NCBI GenBank assembly: GCA_005879435.1
Contig: VBKX01000195.1
Span: 1,021 to 42,264 of the forward strand
Direction: 5' to 3'
DNA from: Deltaproteobacteria bacterium
Lineage (GTDB): Bacteria > Desulfobacterota > Binatia > UBA9968
DNA: 41,244 nucleotides
In this document: one piece after another, positions 37,660-41,244 of the stretch
Numbering within the stretch: position 1 is the stretch's first letter
How the letters are laid out: every line of letters begins with the position of its first letter
Translations under genes and position numbers: made by a program
Notes under the pieces: generated by a model
The model's input: the letters and a program-made list of their open reading frames with translations, nothing else
Database searches by the model: none
What the model was told of the DNA's origin: nothing

Positions 37660-38073
37660 ATGCTACAAGAAGTCGTATTGCCGCAAGCCTACCGGGTGAC
37701 ACCGACCGGACTCTATCTCATCTCCACCGCGTAGGAAGGCAAGCGTAACGTGCAGTTCGCCTTCCGCGCGCTGGGGATTTCCGACGAGCCGCCGCTGCTG
37801 GTGATCGGCATTCAGGATAAAAATTTCAGCCGCGAGATGATTCAGAAGAGCGGGGAGTTTGTCCTCAACGTTTGCTCCGAGAACCAATTGCACGCGGTCG
37901 ACAAAAGCCGCGACCTTTCCGGCCGCAACGTCGAAGGTCGAGTCGTGAATGAATTTGTTGTGCAGGGATTGTGTCTTTTCGTAGGCGAGGCCCTTGTCGC
38001 CCACATTGATAATCAAGTCGCTCCGGTGGGCCGGTTGGCGGGAAAAACTTTTCGCCTGGGCGATGCGATATAG
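37660..38073 (+). pseudogene. Flavin reductase-like (FMN-binding split-barrel) gene with an in-frame TAG and a shortened core
   Basis: GGAG lies 5 nt upstream of the ATG at 37660. My translation is MLQEVVLPQAYRVTPTGLYLISTA*EGKRNVQFAFRALGISDEPPLLVIGIQDKNFSREMIQKSGEFVLNV...SGRNVEGRVVNEF..GLCLFVGEALVAH, with the TAG at 37732..37734. The 117-aa minus-strand ORF at 37663..38016 is its antisense shadow. Confidence 0.65.
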
Positions 38074-38099
38074 CTCGATCCTCGGTGAGGAGGAATGTC

Positions 38100-39074
38100 A
38101 TGATGTATCGAATTCGGCTTTACGCGGTAAGCTTCGCCCTTCTAACTTTATGCTCGATTGCAGTTTCAATTGCCGGCGCCACGCCGGCCGAAGAAGCGCT
38201 CGCGAAAATCAATCGATTGCCGCTAGGGGAACGCCAAGCTACGCTCGTGAAGGAAGCAAAAACTGAAAAGTCCGTCGTCTGGTATGCTCCAATGAACCGC
38301 GAGGACCTGCGCCAGTTCACCACTGCGTTTGAAGCGGAATATCCATTCCTAAAGGTTGAAATTTTGACCGGCGGACCGCAGAGTCTGCTCAATCGAATCC
38401 TGACCGAGCATCGCGCCGCAAGATACAATTACGATATACTCAATATTCGCAGTTCCGCTCTTTATACACTCAAGAAGGCGAACGCCATCGGCCGCCACGA
38501 CTCACCCTACCGACGCGGTCTACGCGCAGGATTTTACGACAAAGACGGCTATTTCAACGGCATCTAGGCCTCGCTCATGGTCTATCTTTATAACGTCAAA
38601 CAAGTTGATCGCGCGCAGGCGCCGAAATCGATCAACGACCTGCTGCAATCGAAGTGGAAGGGAAAGATGGGCATGGACCAAGACGCCGACGACTGGCTTG
38701 CCGCCTTGCTGGAGTATTATGGCGATGAAAAGGGTAAACAAATCGCACGTAGCTTGGGAGCACAGCAGTTGAATATTCGTAAAGGGCGCACTCTCGTTTC
38801 GCAACTGGTCGCCGCCGGCGAGTTTCCCGTGCAAATCGACGCACATCATCACGAAGCCGTATCGCTTCGAAAGGCCGGAGCCCCCGTCGACTACGTTTTC
38901 CCCGAGCCGTTTGTTCCGGTGAAATCGGTGTCGTCTCTGGCGATCTCCTCCCAACCACCCCATCCACACGCCGCCGCCCTGCTGGTGGATTTCATGCTCT
39001 CAAAAAAGGGGCAAGAGATCGCCTTTAAGCAACGCCGCTGGCCTCGTTCCCGACGCGGAAAAATGGGGCAGTAG
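38100..39074 (+). pseudogene. Periplasmic ABC-type substrate-binding protein (family-1/Fbp-like) with an in-frame TAG; no transporter partners nearby
   Basis: GGTGAGGAGG lies upstream of the ATG at 38100, followed by a signal peptide. '...DKDGYFNGI*ASLMVYLYNVKQV...' joins the two ORF-track pieces (38085..38567 and 38577..39074), which share one frame. The TAG is at 38565..38567. The C-terminal ~15 codons look off-family, so a further frame problem is possible. Confidence 0.65.
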
Positions 39075-39219
39075 ATACGAAGAGCTGGTGCAACTCACTG
39101 CGCTGCTCGGCCGATAATATGGCACACGGGACTAGTGTCGTATCTCGCAAAGGGCTCGAGCTAAGCTTGCAGGAGCGCTTTTAAACTTTGCGAATGTACT
39201 TTCGAAAGGAAATCTCGGA

Positions 39220-40233
39220 ATGGATCTAGCTTCATCGATGAAAGTGAATTTGTTCTTCATCGCCGCCGCCATCTTTCTTTTGCTGGTTGCGCCGATCCGT
39301 TCCATCTCTGCGGCCGGCGCATCAGTCACCACTATACGCGTCGGCTACCCGCAACTGAACGGCGCCGTGACGCCGCTTTGGACGATTCAGGAAGGCAAAC
39401 TCGATCGGCCCTACAACATCGACTTCAAGCCGATATATATTCCCGGCGGAGCGCGGCTCACTCAGACCGCAGTCTCGGGCGACGTCGATATCGCGCTTAC
39501 CGGCGGCGCCGTGATTAACGCGATTCTCAGCGGCGCGGAACTGGTCTACGTCGCGCTTGAAGTTTCCACCTATGCATTTTCGCTGTACGGCCGCCCGGAA
39601 GTGAAAGAAGTAACCGACCTGCGTGGCAAAACCCTCGGCGTAATTACCAAAGGCGCGGCATCCGACCACGCCTCCATCGCGCTGTTACGACTTCACAAGA
39701 TGACCCAGAAAGATATGAGTGTCCTGTTTTTTTCACGCCAGCAAGATGCGCTCGCGGCGCTCGACAGAGGCATCGTCAATGCCGCGATGCTGTCGGCGCC
39801 AACGACTCTGATGGCTCGCCGCCTCGGCTACAAGGAGATCGTCAACGTCGGCACTCTCAAACTGCCGTATACGTTTATCGGAGCCGCGGTCAGCCGCACG
39901 CTCAGCCAAAAAAGCCCCGACCTCATCAAATCGTTTTTGAAGGCCTTCATGGTCGGGCTGAAGGTCTCGAAAGATCAGCCGGCTCTCGCGAAACAGGCGC
40001 TGGCACGCCACTTCGGCGGACAGGACCGGGAGATCGTTGATGAGGCTTACAACTCTTTCGCGCCGCTGTTTCCGAGAGTACCCTATGTGATCGAGGAGGC
40101 CGTGCGCGGAACTCTCGCGGCATCGGATCATCCGAAGGCCGCCGGAGCGGATCCCAAAATGTTTTTCGACAACCGGTTCCTTCACGAACTCGAAGTTTCA
40201 GGCTTCGTGAAAGAACTTTACGGCGCCAAGTAA
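39220..40233 (+). CDS. NMT1/THI5-like (SsuA/TauA-type) periplasmic substrate-binding protein
   Basis: Signal peptide, 'IRVGYPQLNGAVTPLW', 'LRGKTLGV' and 'DALAALDRGIVNAAML'. No adjacent permease or ATPase genes. Confidence 0.75.
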   Translation: MDLASSMKVNLFFIAAAIFLLLVAPIRSISAAGASVTTIRVGYPQLNGAVTPLWTIQEGKLDRPYNIDFKPIYIPGGARLTQTAVSGDVDIALTGGAVINAILSGAELVYVALEVSTYAFSLYGRPEVKEVTDLRGKTLGVITKGAASDHASIALLRLHKMTQKDMSVLFFSRQQDALAALDRGIVNAAMLSAPTTLMARRLGYKEIVNVGTLKLPYTFIGAAVSRTLSQKSPDLIKSFLKAFMVGLKVSKDQPALAKQALARHFGGQDREIVDEAYNSFAPLFPRVPYVIEEAVRGTLAASDHPKAAGADPKMFFDNRFLHELEVSGFVKELYGAK

Positions 40234-40242
40234 GCGAAACTA

Positions 40243-41244
40243 TTAGTCGTCGCGCATTCGCACCATCGCCGCCTTAATACTCGAACGCATGCGCTCCAGC
40301 GCGCGCGATAATTCGCCGAACTCGCTGTTATCCTCGACACCCAGCGACGGAGCTTCGAGGTCGCCGGTGCTTATCCTCTGCGCAGCTCTAACCAAGCGGA
40401 TGATCGGCCGATTGATTCGCCAAGCGAGATAGACCGACATAAGGACTCCTCCGACCGCGACCCACCACAACATTTGGATCAGGGGCTTCACCGTTCGACT
40501 TACCTCGGCCTCGATATGATCGCGCCAGATGCCAAGCCGCACTGCACCGGCCTGCCCATCCAGAACAGGCATGATTACTTCGTAAACCTCCCCGCCTTCA
40601 AGGCGCAAAGAACGCTGACTCTCGTTGCGTGCGCCGCCAGCAACCGTGCTTGGAATATTCTCGGGCAGCGCTGTGAAGGTCTGGGCGATGATCTCCCCCT
40701 TACGGTTCTCGACCAAGATATACGCGATCTCCGGGTTAGTAGCTTGCTTGCGCAGAATTCCTCGAACACCTTCAGCGTTATTTTTGGATAAATAAGCGGC
40801 AGCGCCGTTGCTTATGTTGATAGCCGTCACTCTAGCGCGCTGAAGGGCGCTTTTGCGCAATGAAGCGGTCAGCGTGAAGTGGACGAGGGCGAGCGTCAAC
40901 AGGCTGAATAGCGCCACGATAACTGTGAAACTGCCAATCATGCGGCCCGTCAAGCCACGGCCGTACGGCGCTACACGTCCCCAAGCACTGCTTGCGAAGA
41001 ATCCGCCGTGTCGCAATATCCAGCCGCCAGTGGGTGATTGCTCTCCGGCGACACCCGCCGACCTAGACTCTGCGCCGCCGGGATCCAAAAGTACGGCGGG
41101 TTTACGATATCTCGAAACCACGCTTTCCACCGGGAGGCTGTAATCACTCTTCACCGGCTCCCGGGCTTTCAGCGCGCGTTCTTCTTTGATGATTTGCAAC
41201 GCCGAAAAAACCGCTCGCAGCGCCAACAAAATTCCGCAGATACC
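40243..41244 (-). CDS. Membrane sensor with a periplasmic domain and HAMP domain, ending without an output domain; N-terminus uncertain
   Basis: TM helix, ~150-aa extracytoplasmic segment, second TM helix, then HAMP ('RINRPIIRLVRAAQRISTGDLEAP...EFGELSRALERM'), then TAA TAG. The frame is open to the window edge. A plausible internal start (MIGSFTVIVALF) is at 40941. Confidence 0.6.
   Translation of the reverse strand, partial: GICGILLALRAVFSALQIIKEERALKAREPVKSDYSLPVESVVSRYRKPAVLLDPGGAESRSAGVAGEQSPTGGWILRHGGFFASSAWGRVAPYGRGLTGRMIGSFTVIVALFSLLTLALVHFTLTASLRKSALQRARVTAINISNGAAAYLSKNNAEGVRGILRKQATNPEIAYILVENRKGEIIAQTFTALPENIPSTVAGGARNESQRSLRLEGGEVYEVIMPVLDGQAGAVRLGIWRDHIEAEVSRTVKPLIQMLWWVAVGGVLMSVYLAWRINRPIIRLVRAAQRISTGDLEAPSLGVEDNSEFGELSRALERMRSSIKAAMVRMRDD

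Noticed and set aside
2658-39074. Genetic-code reassignment (TAG or TGA read as sense, or pyrrolysine) as the explanation for the four in-frame stops
   Set aside because: TAG and TGA both serve as ordinary terminators at family-typical C-termini in this same window. TAG ends the kinase at 3860, rfbB at 11448 and the unknown gene at 27403. TGA ends the GGDEF, EAL, Slt, VOC and kinase genes. Only one internal stop occurs in each affected gene, whereas a recoded genome would show many. None of the genes is a methylamine methyltransferase (the Pyl context).
1-41244. Mobile element, prophage, CRISPR array or defence island
   Set aside because: I saw no transposase, integrase or recombinase, no terminal inverted repeats flanking a block, no regularly spaced repeats, no tRNA attachment site, and no recognisable defence-gene domains.

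Overview
This 41.2 kb window looks like ordinary chromosome from a Gram-negative, sigma-54-using bacterium; I cannot determine the lineage from sequence alone. I found no rRNA, tRNA, CRISPR array, transposase, integrase, or recognisable phage or defence gene.

Gene order, left to right:
- Start of a Tad/Flp pilus locus on the minus strand (flp, cpaA, cpaB').
- A REC-GGDEF regulator and a histidine kinase.
- A large GT-C-like membrane protein.
- A degenerate-GGDEF/EAL phosphodiesterase and a small secreted protein.
- A minus-strand surface-polysaccharide block: SDR epimerase, polyprenyl-phosphate GT2, rfbD, rfbB, rfbC, long-form rfbA.
- A PAS kinase with an NtrC-type sigma-54 activator.
- A 0.94 kb AT-rich gap.
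- A PrsR-like second activator, a UDP-sugar dehydrogenase, and secA.
- murI, an SplB-like radical SAM gene, an unknown gene, a GT2 and a CoxG-like gene.
- Slt lytic transglycosylase, a C26 amidotransferase-like hydrolase, and a 7TM-PAS-GAF kinase.
- A catabolic-looking block: alpha/beta hydrolase, VOC, ICL/PEP-mutase family, flavin reductase.
- Two orphan substrate-binding proteins and a HAMP sensor.

Main leads:
1. About 7 of ~36 genes carry lesions at family-conserved positions: three in-frame TAG codons, one in-frame TGA, two frame changes, and in-frame deletions inside secA and a flavin reductase.
2. A 687-nt ORF-poor spacer splits the otherwise tightly packed rfb operon. It carries a dense GGA / UUCAGGAG repeat cluster and is a candidate structured or protein-sponge RNA.
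3. Three near-consensus sigma-54 promoters precede the Flp pilin gene, the EAL gene and the PrsR-like leader. One has tandem 15-nt upstream repeats. Together they suggest a sigma-54 / c-di-GMP / Tad pilus circuit.
4. A PrsR-like activator has GAFTGA changed to GASAGA and a broken HTH.

I see no clear-cut new multi-gene system such as a defence or mobile element. All family assignments come from motif recognition by eye, without database searches.
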